From contig DAOTTS010000093.1 of NCBI GenBank assembly GCA_034437735.1, forward strand, positions 27,705 to 91,704: a stretch of DNA of 64,000 bases. The letters run 5' to 3'. The notes beneath the pieces were generated by a model. It worked only from the letters and a program-made list of their open reading frames with translations, did no database searches and was not told the DNA's origin. The position numbers were made by a program, and so were the translations under genes. Below, piece after piece: positions 27,758 through 37,880 of the stretch (positions within the stretch are counted from its first letter, which is position 1; every line of letters begins with the position of its first letter). Source of the DNA: Anaerolineae bacterium. GTDB lineage: Bacteria > Chloroflexota > Anaerolineae > B4-G1 > SLSP01.

Positions 27758-29206
27758 CTATAATCTTGCGCCGCTGATCTCAGGACGTTGAAGGGCCATA
27801 TCTCCACCCAGCGATCCCTGACCAAAATCCGCGTCTCCCATAATCTCATCCAGGATTTCAGATCCAGATCTTCCAGTTCGACCACTGATCGTAACGCTTA
27901 AGTCTCGCCGGAAAGCCCGCGTGAGATCCTCACCCGTCGCATAATAGACCAAAGCCATCGACTGAACAGCATTCGCAATAGCATAACGCGGCTCAATGCG
28001 ATCTAAATCATCAAAGAAAAATCCACAACTGACAAACATACGCTGTCGGTGATATTGAGCTTTGAGAAGACTTAAGACCTGCTTCCGAACGTAAGGAGTA
28101 AAATGCCCGAGTTGATGCTGAGAAAGAAACTGGTCTGAACCCACCTGATTCATAATCACCCGGATATAATCATCCCGCAGACGCCAAGGGGCGACATCGC
28201 GTCGACCTACAACATCGACGTAGACTTCATCAATGTCACGGGAAAGGTTATCGAGGGCGCGACGTAGTGCCCCCTTCCAGTGCCCACACCCGGGTGTACA
28301 AGCGCAACCGGTCAACCAACGCGCAAGCTGATGGCTACAACTCCAAGCGGAGTTATCAATGATCTCAATCTCGTGGGTAGGCGGATGATCCTGAAGATAA
28401 CGTCCCAGCGTCGTCACCGCATAGGAATCGCGCACTCCCGGATTCAGGAGCTTTTTGAGCACCTTGACGCCCTGTGCCTGGTGATGTCCAAAGGTTTCCC
28501 CGTCCGTCGCAATAAGCGTAAGGTTACCACGACCTTCTTCCCTAAGCGCCCGATTGATCCAGGCGCTCGCGTGTTCGGGAGCAGGCATCTGGAAAGAAAG
28601 GAAGTTAGAAAGCGCATCATTCCTTACAAACACTGCAATTGAACGATCCCCAGAAAGCGAGACGCGATAGGGCCCCGCCCCGTCGGAAAGCTCACCTTTC
28701 ACTTGCGAGTCGGATAAAATCACGAACGAAAGGCCCGACTCAGCCACCACATCGAGGGTCTCACGATCAACCGCCATCTCCGGCAACCAAATACCCTGCG
28801 GACGATACCCAAAACGATACAGGAAGCTTGCAATACCCCACTGAATTTGACAACGCTTGTCACGACCCCGCGCCAGGGGTAAAATCGTGTGATGGACCGA
28901 TTGGGCAATCGCGTTACTACTCCCCCAACGCTTGTAGTGAGACTGTGCCGACTTGACGACCATTTCATAAACCGGTTGCGCACGCGCTTCCATCCAACGG
29001 GCTAAAGTACCACCTAGATTGAAACTGATCTGCTTAAACCCATCGATCTCTGCAATCGGTCGATAGCATTCCGCCGTAATCCGCTGATTCCAATTCCGAT
29101 AAGGAGCCGCCGACCTTTCGACACAATACTCACCCGTGAAAGGATCCTCACGGGGGGGTTGATAGAAATGTCCATGCACACATAGAAATGACTTATGAAA
29201 TCTCAT
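27758..29206 (-). CDS. Glycoside hydrolase family 57 protein (alpha-glucan active)
   Basis: The N-terminus reads HGHFYQPPREDP and the nucleophile region reads GIWLPEMAVD. This is the GH57 W-L-P-E signature. Confidence 0.8.
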   Translation of the reverse strand: MRFHKSFLCVHGHFYQPPREDPFTGEYCVERSAAPYRNWNQRITAECYRPIAEIDGFKQISFNLGGTLARWMEARAQPVYEMVVKSAQSHYKRWGSSNAIAQSVHHTILPLARGRDKRCQIQWGIASFLYRFGYRPQGIWLPEMAVDRETLDVVAESGLSFVILSDSQVKGELSDGAGPYRVSLSGDRSIAVFVRNDALSNFLSFQMPAPEHASAWINRALREEGRGNLTLIATDGETFGHHQAQGVKVLKKLLNPGVRDSYAVTTLGRYLQDHPPTHEIEIIDNSAWSCSHQLARWLTGCACTPGCGHWKGALRRALDNLSRDIDEVYVDVVGRRDVAPWRLRDDYIRVIMNQVGSDQFLSQHQLGHFTPYVRKQVLSLLKAQYHRQRMFVSCGFFFDDLDRIEPRYAIANAVQSMALVYYATGEDLTRAFRRDLSVTISGRTGRSGSEILDEIMGDADFGQGSLGGDMALQRPEISGARL

Positions 29207-29229
29207 CTGACCTTTGTCCCACCTTCAAC

Positions 29230-29261
29230 AATAAAAAAGCGCAGCCATTTGGAAGCTGCGT
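29230..29261 (-). terminator. Rho-independent terminator downstream of glgA
   Basis: The minus-strand stem is ACGCAGC-TTCCAAATG-GCTGCGC, followed by TTTTTTATT. Confidence 0.6.
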
Positions 29262-29368
29262 GTCTAATCCAGCCACCGACCCTTTACGAAGCACAAACGC
29301 TATGACACACGACCCAACCGAGGCCCTCAGTATGGCGAAACAGAGGATTTAGAACAATGACAATAAAC

Positions 29369-30868
29369 TTACACCTTCGCGCTTTCCTCGTGGAGCTGCT
29401 TAGCCCTTTTGTAGAGGTCCACGTAAGCTTGAGCTGCCATCTTCCATGAGAAATCACGCTTCATCACCCGAGTTTGAAGAGCCGACCATCGCTGGGTTTG
29501 TCGGTGATCAAAGGCACGCGCTAGCACATCAGCCAGCGCTTCCGGGGTGAATGAGTCAAAACCGAATCCCGTGCCGCGTTCCGGTTGCCGAACGACATCG
29601 ATCACGACATCGCGCAGCCCTCCGGTCCGCCGAACAATTGGAACAGCACCGTATCGCATCGCGATCATAACACTCGTACTAGCAGCCTCTTCACGACTGG
29701 GCATTAGGAAAAAATCAGATCCACCATATAGACGGCGTGCCAAACGGTCATCGAAGCGATTGACAAATCGAATGTAAGGGGGATAGCGCTTTTGGAAAGC
29801 CCGCAAATCCTGAGCGTGTTCCTCGCCCCCCGTGCCAAGGAGAACAAACTGATACGTCCGCGATCGCATAAGCGTTTCCAGTGCCGGCACAAGCAACTCA
29901 ATCCCTTTGATCGGATCAAGCCGCGTTACCATACTGACGAGCGGGACATCACGATCCGTGGGTAACTGCAACTCACGCTGCAGCGCCGTTTTGTTGACCT
30001 CCCGCATATGGAGCGATGCAACATCAAAGGACTGCGCCAAAGCCGAATCGGTCGCGGGGTTCCATAGATCAGTATCAATACCGCTCAACACGCCGAAAAG
30101 CCGATCCTCGCGATCGCGCAAAATACTGCTAAGCTGACCACCGACTTCCGGCGTCGTGATCTCCTCCGCATAGGTTGGACTCAACGTACTTAGGAGATCA
30201 GAATGAGCGATACCTTGAGCCAACCAATTAACTTTGCCGGGATTCTCCACCTCAAGGTGTGGAATCTGTCCCATTCGGCCAAAATCCAGGATCAATCGCC
30301 CACACACCCCTTGGTAAGCTAAACTATGAATCGTCATCAAGGTTGCAATCTCGCCGAAGGGTTCGTGATCTCGACCGTAGATATCGATCCAAGTCGGAAT
30401 CGGGCACGTATGCCAATCGTTCACATGAATGATGTCAGGACGCCACGTCATATGAGAAACAGCCGAAATGACGGCCCGAGAGAAGAACACAAACCGCTGT
30501 GGGTCATCGTTAAACCCATAGACGTGCTCTCGATGTCCGAAGTACCGATCGTTATAAATCATATAGACCGGGACCTGCTGAGAATCAATCTCAAGTAAGT
30601 GAACGCGCTCATCCTTCGAACCCAACGGAACGGGAAAGGACATCTTAACCTTCGATTTTTGGCCCGAAGGGCTCTCATAGCGAGGAAGCATAAGCCGTAC
30701 GTCCGCACCTAGCTTCTTGAGCTCACCAGGGAGAGAACCCGCAAAATCAGCTAAGCCACCGACTTTTGAGAATGGCGTTGCCTCTGTGACGACAAATAGA
30801 ACCTTCAGTTTAGCATTCATACTTCCACCCACGAATCTCTTTGTCGGACCCCACATAGACGTGACCAA
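29369..30868 (-). CDS. glgA: Glycogen synthase (GT5, GlgA)
   Basis: It reads KVLFVVTEATPFSKVGGLADFAGSLP and has a C-terminal GT-B fold. The probable true start is the ATG at 30820 (MNAKLKVLFV). Confidence 0.9.
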   Translation of the reverse strand: MVTSMWGPTKRFVGGSMNAKLKVLFVVTEATPFSKVGGLADFAGSLPGELKKLGADVRLMLPRYESPSGQKSKVKMSFPVPLGSKDERVHLLEIDSQQVPVYMIYNDRYFGHREHVYGFNDDPQRFVFFSRAVISAVSHMTWRPDIIHVNDWHTCPIPTWIDIYGRDHEPFGEIATLMTIHSLAYQGVCGRLILDFGRMGQIPHLEVENPGKVNWLAQGIAHSDLLSTLSPTYAEEITTPEVGGQLSSILRDREDRLFGVLSGIDTDLWNPATDSALAQSFDVASLHMREVNKTALQRELQLPTDRDVPLVSMVTRLDPIKGIELLVPALETLMRSRTYQFVLLGTGGEEHAQDLRAFQKRYPPYIRFVNRFDDRLARRLYGGSDFFLMPSREEAASTSVMIAMRYGAVPIVRRTGGLRDVVIDVVRQPERGTGFGFDSFTPEALADVLARAFDHRQTQRWSALQTRVMKRDFSWKMAAQAYVDLYKRAKQLHEESAKV

Positions 30869-31037
30869 CGCTCAAACAGCACAAAGCTATTATAGCGGAA
30901 TACGACCGGACGGCAATTTGGCACAACAAAAAACCCATGCTATGATCCGAGAAGGTCGGGGTCGAATAGGCCCATTTGATTTCCTTGCGTGTCTCAAAGC
31001 TGAGCCAGCTACTCTCTATGTTATGAAGGAGTTGCGT

Positions 31038-34000
31038 ATGGTGATGAACGCTCACGCACGGGACCGACAACGCACGCCCCCTCATCGAAGACCGTCACGT
31101 GCTTACCTCAAACCGCTTGGTTCCCCTTACATTATCGTTTCCTATCTGTTAGGTTTGCTAGCCCTCGGATTCTGCATAGAGGGGTTAAGACCAACGAACC
31201 ATCATCAGTCAATTCAAGCTGCACGCACAAAGAGCCAAACATTCAGCAGGGCGTCGAGTGCCCCTAGCGTCATCGTCAACGAAGTCGCCTGGGGAGGCAC
31301 CGAGGCCAGTGCTTTCGATGAATGGATTGAGCTTTACAATGTCACCGGAAAACCCCAATCTCTGGAAGGTTGGACGCTTGTTGCGAGTGACGGAAGCCCC
31401 GACATCCAGCTATCCGGTGAAATCCCGGCGTACGGATACTTCGTGATCGAGCGAACGGATGATGACACGATTCGCGACCGTCCAGCCGAACTGATAACCT
31501 CCTTCGGATCGGGCCTCAACAACAACGGCGAACAGCTGAACTTGATCGATCCCGCCGGCGATTTGATCGATACCGCCAATGGTAACGGAGGACCCTGGCC
31601 TAATGAAGATACCGGCGCATCCCCTACGTATCGGTCAATGGAACGTATCGATCCTAGGGCCATGGACCTGGACACACATTGGCAGAGTAACGACAGGAGC
31701 TTGACCTGCGGACAGGACGCCGATGGCAACCCCCTCAATGGCACCCCGGGTGCGATCAATGCGGCCTATTACCCATACTTCTCTCAGCACTCGGATCTTG
31801 CGATAGCCTCTGACTTCCCGGCGATGGTTCAAGCCGGCGACCGTATAACTGCTTATATCGATCTCCTAAATCGAGGTGGGCTTACCGCAACCCAGGTTAC
31901 ACTCACGGCGAGCCTACCGCCGAGCATCCATTACGAAGCTCAAAAGAGCGAGCGCTTTACCTTCAACGTGGCCGATCCCCAAACGCTTATCTGGCATCGA
32001 GCTCACCTGCATCCCGACACAGTCAATCCCTGCCGAATCACCCTGACCTTGCGTATGTCTCCTGCGCTTACTATTGGAACCAAGATGATGACCCGCTTAT
32101 CCGTGACTACGACCTCACCCGAGCTAAGAAACGATAATAACATCATGACGGCCAGCACCACAATTCAGGGCGTATCAGCGGATCTTATCCTAACCAAGAC
32201 GGGTATGACCGAGATCAAAGTCTTGAATCCACCCGAACTGTTCACTTATCACCTGAGCATCCATAATCGAGGGCCCGATGTCGCTTCTGGCGTATGGATC
32301 ACCGATCGGCTACCGGGAAATCTCAGGCTTTTCACGCAAACGAGTCCATTCTCTTTCACCTGGAATCGGACACTCTTGACGTGGCACGTGGGAGACTTAA
32401 GTCCCGATACAACCTATCCGATCACGCTGACGACCACATTCAACGATGGCTTGACCGAGTCTCTTACTAACCGAGCTGGCGCCAAGGCAGCAACGCCGGA
32501 TCCAGAGCCGGCCAACAACCAAGCGACCTGGAGAACCCAAGCCATCCCTACAGTACTCATATCCAGTGTGCTTTACGACGGCTACGCGTACCGGGATGCT
32601 GATGAAGCGGTCGGCATCACAAATATGGGCCCCCACCCTCTCTCGCTTCGTGATTGGGAACTCTGCAAAGATCGCTCAGGGCTTATCGATTGTGAACCTC
32701 TCCCCGCTATCACCGTAACCGAATCATCAGAAGCATGGATAACCAAGGACGCAGAGGCCTTTGCCGAGACGTTTGGATTCGCTCCTAAGGCCCAAATGGA
32801 GAACTGGCTGGGGCTGACGAACACAGGAGATGAAGCCCTATTGCGGAATCCAGACCATCAATGGGTGGATACGCTCGTCTACGGTGCCGGCACGTCGACC
32901 GTGCCCGGTTGGTCAGGGGATTCGGTAAAAGCTTACTATAACTTCCTCCGGGGGGAAACCGGGCAAATTCTCCATCGCATATCTGATGAACGGACCGGAT
33001 TGCCGGCTTACGACACCGACACGTGTCAAGATTGGATCCAGACCCCCGAAGACGCTGGAAACGGACGGCGAGTTCTATATCCAGGGTGGGATATGACGCC
33101 CCTCTTTTTCCCCCTATCCACAACAGAAACAGCCTCCACAACCCTGGCCATTGCGCCGGATCACGGATTCGAGTTCCTCAAAGACAGCCTGGAACGGGCA
33201 AACCACACGATCTTCATCGAGGTTTACACGCTGCGTCATCCCGACTTGATTGCGACATTGGCAGCAAAGGCCGCCGAGGGGGTTGAGGTCAAGGTGTTAC
33301 TGGAAGGATCTCCCGTTGGACTCGGCGTAAACTCACCCGAATGGCAGACTGAGTTACATGCATGTGGCGAAATCGAAGCGCACGGAGGCGAAGCCTGGTT
33401 TATGATTCACCGGCCTGAGGACCGCATTTATAATCGTTACAGCCATCTTCACCCCAAAATGATCATCATCGATGAAGAATGGCTGATCCTCAGTACCCAG
33501 AACCTCACGTATAGCAGCCTACCATCCGACGATAAACGGGATGGGACGGCAGGCACCCGAGGCGCTATCATCATAACTAACGCCCCTTCGGTCGTCCAAC
33601 GCGCGACAGAGATTATGACTCTTGACCTCGACCCGCAGAATCACGCCGACCTTCTCAGATGGAATCAGGGCTATTGGGAGACTTACGGTCCCGCCAACCC
33701 ACACGCCGTCGATCTATCCACGCCAAATTGGATCAGCTATACGCCCAAATTCACGGCCCCACTCAAGATAGCGGGAGACGTGCACTTTGAGCTCTTCACG
33801 GCACCGGAAGCCGCCTTACGCCAAACGGATGCGCTCCTAGGTTTGATCAGACAGGCCGGCTCGGGAGACAGCATCGATATTGAGCAGACGTATGAACACG
33901 TAGCGTGGGGAGAGGATCCCATCCTGGAGCCGAATCTTCGCCTACAAGCTTATCTGGAGGCCGCACATCGAGGCGCTCACGTGCGCATTCTGCTGAATGG

Positions 34001-34907
34001 CCAAGGGTTTATACCGGATTACGATCACCCCCCTGAGGAAAACCTTGAAACCGTTGCCTACGTCAAACAACAAGCGAGGGTCTATGGTTTGAATATGGAG
34101 GCTGCCGTGGGAAACCCGACGGGATTGGGAATTCACAACAAGATGGTGCTTGTCGATCTCGGGGAGGGACAGCAGTACGTACACCTAGGCTCGATCAACG
34201 GCAGTGAAACCTCAAGCAAGGTCAACCGTGAAATTGCGATCCAACTCCGGTCGGATGAGGCACACGCGTACTACTTGGCTATGTTCGAATATGACTGGTG
34301 GTCCTCCCACCCTATCTACCTACCGATCGTTACGCGAAATTACCAGCCCCCCGCCCCTCCAGTAGATCATCTGGTCATCAGCGAAGTCTATTATGCCGGC
34401 CCCGCCGACGCGGAGTGGGTCGAAATCTTCAATCCGACGGACAAACGCATAGACCTATCCGCCTATAGACTTGGCGATGCCGAGGCCCCCGACGTCTACG
34501 AATCTATGTTTCACTACCCGCCCGGGGTCACACTCGAACCGGAGGCGGTGCTGGTCATTGCCGTAAACGGCTTACAAACACCGGAGGCCGATCTGGAGTT
34601 CTACGAACATGCACCAGACGTACCGAATATGATCCCTGATCCTGACTGGGGAGATACACGTTATCCTTTTGCCTTGAGGAATCTTGGGGATCAGGTACTG
34701 CTGCTTGGGTCGAATAACAAGCCTGTGGACGTCGTGATCTGGGGCGATGCCAAATACCCCTATGTAAGTGCGCATCCGGGTGTGATCAATATGGCCGCAT
34801 CGCTCAGTCGCCAACCGGCTATCTATGACACCGACAACTGTGGGAAGGACTTTGTTGAAACTTATCCCTCAACGCCCGGAGAAATCCCGAAACTCTCCCA
34901 TCCGTAG
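31038..34907 (+). CDS. Large secreted/membrane-anchored protein: lamin-tail domain (LTD), DUF11-like beta repeats, a phospholipase D/nuclease domain with two HKD motifs, and a C-terminal LTD
   Basis: It has an RBS aaggag and an ATG at 31038; the ORF is open from 30717. A signal anchor reads IIVSYLLGLLALGF. LTDs read VIVNEVAWGG...EWIELYN and VISEVYYAG...EWVEIFN. The HKD motifs are HPKMIIIDEEWLILSTQN and HNKMVLVD...GSINGS. Confidence 0.75.
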   Translation: MVMNAHARDRQRTPPHRRPSRAYLKPLGSPYIIVSYLLGLLALGFCIEGLRPTNHHQSIQAARTKSQTFSRASSAPSVIVNEVAWGGTEASAFDEWIELYNVTGKPQSLEGWTLVASDGSPDIQLSGEIPAYGYFVIERTDDDTIRDRPAELITSFGSGLNNNGEQLNLIDPAGDLIDTANGNGGPWPNEDTGASPTYRSMERIDPRAMDLDTHWQSNDRSLTCGQDADGNPLNGTPGAINAAYYPYFSQHSDLAIASDFPAMVQAGDRITAYIDLLNRGGLTATQVTLTASLPPSIHYEAQKSERFTFNVADPQTLIWHRAHLHPDTVNPCRITLTLRMSPALTIGTKMMTRLSVTTTSPELRNDNNIMTASTTIQGVSADLILTKTGMTEIKVLNPPELFTYHLSIHNRGPDVASGVWITDRLPGNLRLFTQTSPFSFTWNRTLLTWHVGDLSPDTTYPITLTTTFNDGLTESLTNRAGAKAATPDPEPANNQATWRTQAIPTVLISSVLYDGYAYRDADEAVGITNMGPHPLSLRDWELCKDRSGLIDCEPLPAITVTESSEAWITKDAEAFAETFGFAPKAQMENWLGLTNTGDEALLRNPDHQWVDTLVYGAGTSTVPGWSGDSVKAYYNFLRGETGQILHRISDERTGLPAYDTDTCQDWIQTPEDAGNGRRVLYPGWDMTPLFFPLSTTETASTTLAIAPDHGFEFLKDSLERANHTIFIEVYTLRHPDLIATLAAKAAEGVEVKVLLEGSPVGLGVNSPEWQTELHACGEIEAHGGEAWFMIHRPEDRIYNRYSHLHPKMIIIDEEWLILSTQNLTYSSLPSDDKRDGTAGTRGAIIITNAPSVVQRATEIMTLDLDPQNHADLLRWNQGYWETYGPANPHAVDLSTPNWISYTPKFTAPLKIAGDVHFELFTAPEAALRQTDALLGLIRQAGSGDSIDIEQTYEHVAWGEDPILEPNLRLQAYLEAAHRGAHVRILLNGQGFIPDYDHPPEENLETVAYVKQQARVYGLNMEAAVGNPTGLGIHNKMVLVDLGEGQQYVHLGSINGSETSSKVNREIAIQLRSDEAHAYYLAMFEYDWWSSHPIYLPIVTRNYQPPAPPVDHLVISEVYYAGPADAEWVEIFNPTDKRIDLSAYRLGDAEAPDVYESMFHYPPGVTLEPEAVLVIAVNGLQTPEADLEFYEHAPDVPNMIPDPDWGDTRYPFALRNLGDQVLLLGSNNKPVDVVIWGDAKYPYVSAHPGVINMAASLSRQPAIYDTDNCGKDFVETYPSTPGEIPKLSHP

Positions 34908-34967
34908 GCGAGGTACCTCAACTGAGGGGATGGGTCTTCACTGATTGCAAGCGGCTTGTACAAACCC

Positions 34968-35942
34968 CTAATTGTCTCGCTTCATCGGATCGAACGCAGC
35001 GAGCTCAGAGGACTCCTGTTCCACAGCAAGGCGGGCCAGCAATCCCCCACCCAACAGAAGGATGGCACCGAGCCACTGGTACCACAGGAGACGATCTCCA
35101 AGGAAAATGAAGGCCAAGGTCAAACTGATGGCCAGTTCGATCAGACTAAGAATCGCGGTTTGAACCCCGCCCAGCTTTTCAATGCTGAAGAACATCGCCA
35201 ACCGGGAAAGTGCTGTCGTCATACCGAGGGCAGCGATCGCCCGCCACCCGGCCAATGAGATATTCCCTCCCGTTATAGGATCCCCGGTCACCACACGCGC
35301 GAACGCAACCGTCGCAGCCATGCCGGTCAAGATGTAAAGGGCCCCAGACTGTGAGGGTACGTCGGCCAGGACCCACTGCCCCATGACAATGTACCAACCG
35401 TTCACAGCGGCAGAGGCGATCATCAGCATAGCCCCCAGATAATCGGTGGGGTTGTCGGTCTGCCAGGACGAAGTCACCAAGAAGGCGCCCAACATCGAAC
35501 CTGCCAGTTGAACCAGCGTAATGCCGCGTATCGATTGGCCCGATGCACTCAAGAAGATGACCACCCATACGGGGTACATGGCGCCCAACAGAGAGGCCCG
35601 TGAGGCATCAAGACGATTCAAGCCGTTGTAATAGAAGAGAGAACCGATACCGTTGATCGCCCCAACCAGGACACAGCTGAGCATCGCCCGATAGGGCAAA
35701 CGAATCCGCCTGCGCCAAAAAAGCACGTAGACGAGCCACAGAAATCCGGCAGCCACAATGGTGCGCAGCGCGGCCAAGGTCATAGGATCGACATTAGCCC
35801 GGTAAGCCAGCTTACCCAGAATTGGCGCCCAGCCCAACAAAAAGGAGGCCAGAAGGCTGCTGTTAATGCCCGAGAGTCGCTTTCGCCAAGAGGGCACGTT
35901 GTTCTGACTCGTTCCGTTGCTCATCCTGAGACAAGCCTCCAA
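34968..35942 (-). CDS. EamA/DMT-family transporter
   Basis: It has 10 predicted TM helices and duplicated EamA halves (LLGWAPILGKLAY..., LSRLAMFFSIEKLGG). Confidence 0.8.
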   Translation of the reverse strand: MEACLRMSNGTSQNNVPSWRKRLSGINSSLLASFLLGWAPILGKLAYRANVDPMTLAALRTIVAAGFLWLVYVLFWRRRIRLPYRAMLSCVLVGAINGIGSLFYYNGLNRLDASRASLLGAMYPVWVVIFLSASGQSIRGITLVQLAGSMLGAFLVTSSWQTDNPTDYLGAMLMIASAAVNGWYIVMGQWVLADVPSQSGALYILTGMAATVAFARVVTGDPITGGNISLAGWRAIAALGMTTALSRLAMFFSIEKLGGVQTAILSLIELAISLTLAFIFLGDRLLWYQWLGAILLLGGGLLARLAVEQESSELAAFDPMKRDN

Positions 35943-35991
35943 ACCCTAAAGCGAAGATGACCGTACGAGCGACTGTGCTATACTGAACGCA

Positions 35992-36510
35992 ATGAGCCGA
36001 AAACAAAGATTCATACTCACGATCTTCGCATTGATTGACACGCTAGTCATTGCCCTGTTGGGCTATGTCGTCGTCAGCGAGAGCAATCACGCGTCCACAA
36101 ATTCAAACCGTGTCGCCCAAACGTCAAATCCGTGTAGCACCCATCTTCTAGATGAGCTGACCTTGAAATCGACGTATCGTCCGGTCATCGCATACAATCA
36201 ACACGACGGCGAGCTTTACGTAACCCTGCACACCCCAAACCCCTCACCAACAACGACCGTTATGGATGGAGGTCAGTCCCTTTGGACAGCACTCACCATC
36301 GTAGGGCCGCATCTTGCACGGCGATGTCCCTCCGTAGAGACGCTTCTCTTAATCGTTGAAAACACCACACCTCACGGTCCAGCGTATCACATTGCGCGTC
36401 TACCAGCACGAGCCGTCTCAAAATGGATCGATGGGGAGTTGAGTGACGATCAGCTCGCAGAAACCGCTGAATACCGCTATGTTCAACGCCGATCTCAAAC
36501 GCCCCCTTGA
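35992..36510 (+). CDS. Hypothetical membrane-anchored protein
   Basis: It has an N-terminal TM helix and no recognisable motifs. Confidence 0.4.
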   Translation: MSRKQRFILTIFALIDTLVIALLGYVVVSESNHASTNSNRVAQTSNPCSTHLLDELTLKSTYRPVIAYNQHDGELYVTLHTPNPSPTTTVMDGGQSLWTALTIVGPHLARRCPSVETLLLIVENTTPHGPAYHIARLPARAVSKWIDGELSDDQLAETAEYRYVQRRSQTPP

Positions 36511-36521
36511 ATTTCCCAGAG

Positions 36522-37811
36522 CTAGAAATCCACAAAGTATGATTGAGCCGCCCGATCAATGAGCTCTTTGCTCAACGTTGGGGGAATACTCAAATACCGA
36601 GCGATATCGATAATCTGATCAAGTAAGTCCCGGGCGTGACAAGCCCTGGGAGGACGCTGCTGCTTAATGTAATGTTCCTTGATAAGATAAGCCAGGGAAG
36701 ACTCAGTTAACTGCACATTCATTCCCTTGGCTACCCTCCTAAAGATTTCGGCGTATTCATCCCAGGTTGGATTGTTGACCTCAATTTTATGACGGATTCT
36801 GCGCAGAAACGCTTCATCCACCAGCTCTTGTGGCTCCAAATTCGTTGAGAACACAATGAGAACCTCGAAGGGTACCTCGAACTTCCGACCCGTGTGAAGA
36901 GTCATGAAGTCGATACGTTTCTCGAGCGGAACGATCCAACGATTGAGAAGGTCCGTCGGGCGAACCGTCTGTCTTCCGAAGTCATCAATCAGGAAGATAC
37001 CGCCGTTGGCTTTAACCTGATACGGAGCCTCATAATACTTGTAATCGTTATTATAGACGAGGTCCAACCCCTCTAGCGTCAACTCTCCCCCGACCACGAT
37101 AAAAGGACGCTGTATCTTCACCCATCGAGCGTCCACGCGATGAGACTGACTGGTTTCCACAATCTCGTGGTTGACATCGTCAAAGACTTTGATGATCTGT
37201 CCCTCAACCTCAATGGCATAGGGGATATACATATCCCCTTCCATAAGAAGCGAGCCAATGGCCTCGGCAATGGAGGTTTTGCCGTTACCTGGTGGACCAA
37301 ATAGAAAGATCGAGCGTCCTGAATTGATCGCCGGACCGATTTGTTCAAATGTCGATTCGGCAAAAACTAGATGTGATAGTGCATTGCGCAACTGTCTTTG
37401 ATGAACAGCAATATCTCGCAGTCCCTGTTTCCGAATCGCTTCCACATAGGATTTGAGAGGTACAGGAGCGGCGCCAACATATTGACCGCGCTCCAGGGCG
37501 TCTTGCGCCATCGTACGACCTCTGCTGGTTAGCACGTACTCGTAGGTGGATTCCGAAAAACCTCCGCGCCCAGAGGCACTGCGGACCTCACAGAGCTTCT
37601 CGCGCCGCAGAAATTCTAAAACGACTGAAACCACATTTGGGAATGGAAGTCCCATTCGATCTGCAAGATCGCGGCCCGCAAGATAACTCTCAAAGTACAG
37701 GGTTTTCAATGCCAGGTCAGAGAGCAATCCCATATTGAGACCCGTATCTTCAATATTCCGCGGCACCTGAGGCGTATAGCCCTGGTTCTGTGATTGGTTT
37801 GGTGGCACCAT
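36522..37811 (-). CDS. AAA+ ATPase of unknown function (N-terminal winged-helix-like region plus AAA+ core)
   Basis: Walker A reads LFGPPGNGKTS, Walker B GIFLIDDFG, sensor-1 FSTN and an arginine-finger-like FLRRIR. It lies 70 nt downstream of the alpha-2-macroglobulin gene on the same strand. Confidence 0.7.
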   Translation of the reverse strand: MVPPNQSQNQGYTPQVPRNIEDTGLNMGLLSDLALKTLYFESYLAGRDLADRMGLPFPNVVSVVLEFLRREKLCEVRSASGRGGFSESTYEYVLTSRGRTMAQDALERGQYVGAAPVPLKSYVEAIRKQGLRDIAVHQRQLRNALSHLVFAESTFEQIGPAINSGRSIFLFGPPGNGKTSIAEAIGSLLMEGDMYIPYAIEVEGQIIKVFDDVNHEIVETSQSHRVDARWVKIQRPFIVVGGELTLEGLDLVYNNDYKYYEAPYQVKANGGIFLIDDFGRQTVRPTDLLNRWIVPLEKRIDFMTLHTGRKFEVPFEVLIVFSTNLEPQELVDEAFLRRIRHKIEVNNPTWDEYAEIFRRVAKGMNVQLTESSLAYLIKEHYIKQQRPPRACHARDLLDQIIDIARYLSIPPTLSKELIDRAAQSYFVDF

Positions 37812-37880
37812 AATATACCTCCTAAGACTTCCAAGATGCCCAATGATAGCGGCTAGACATGATTAGAGATAAAAGCAGAC

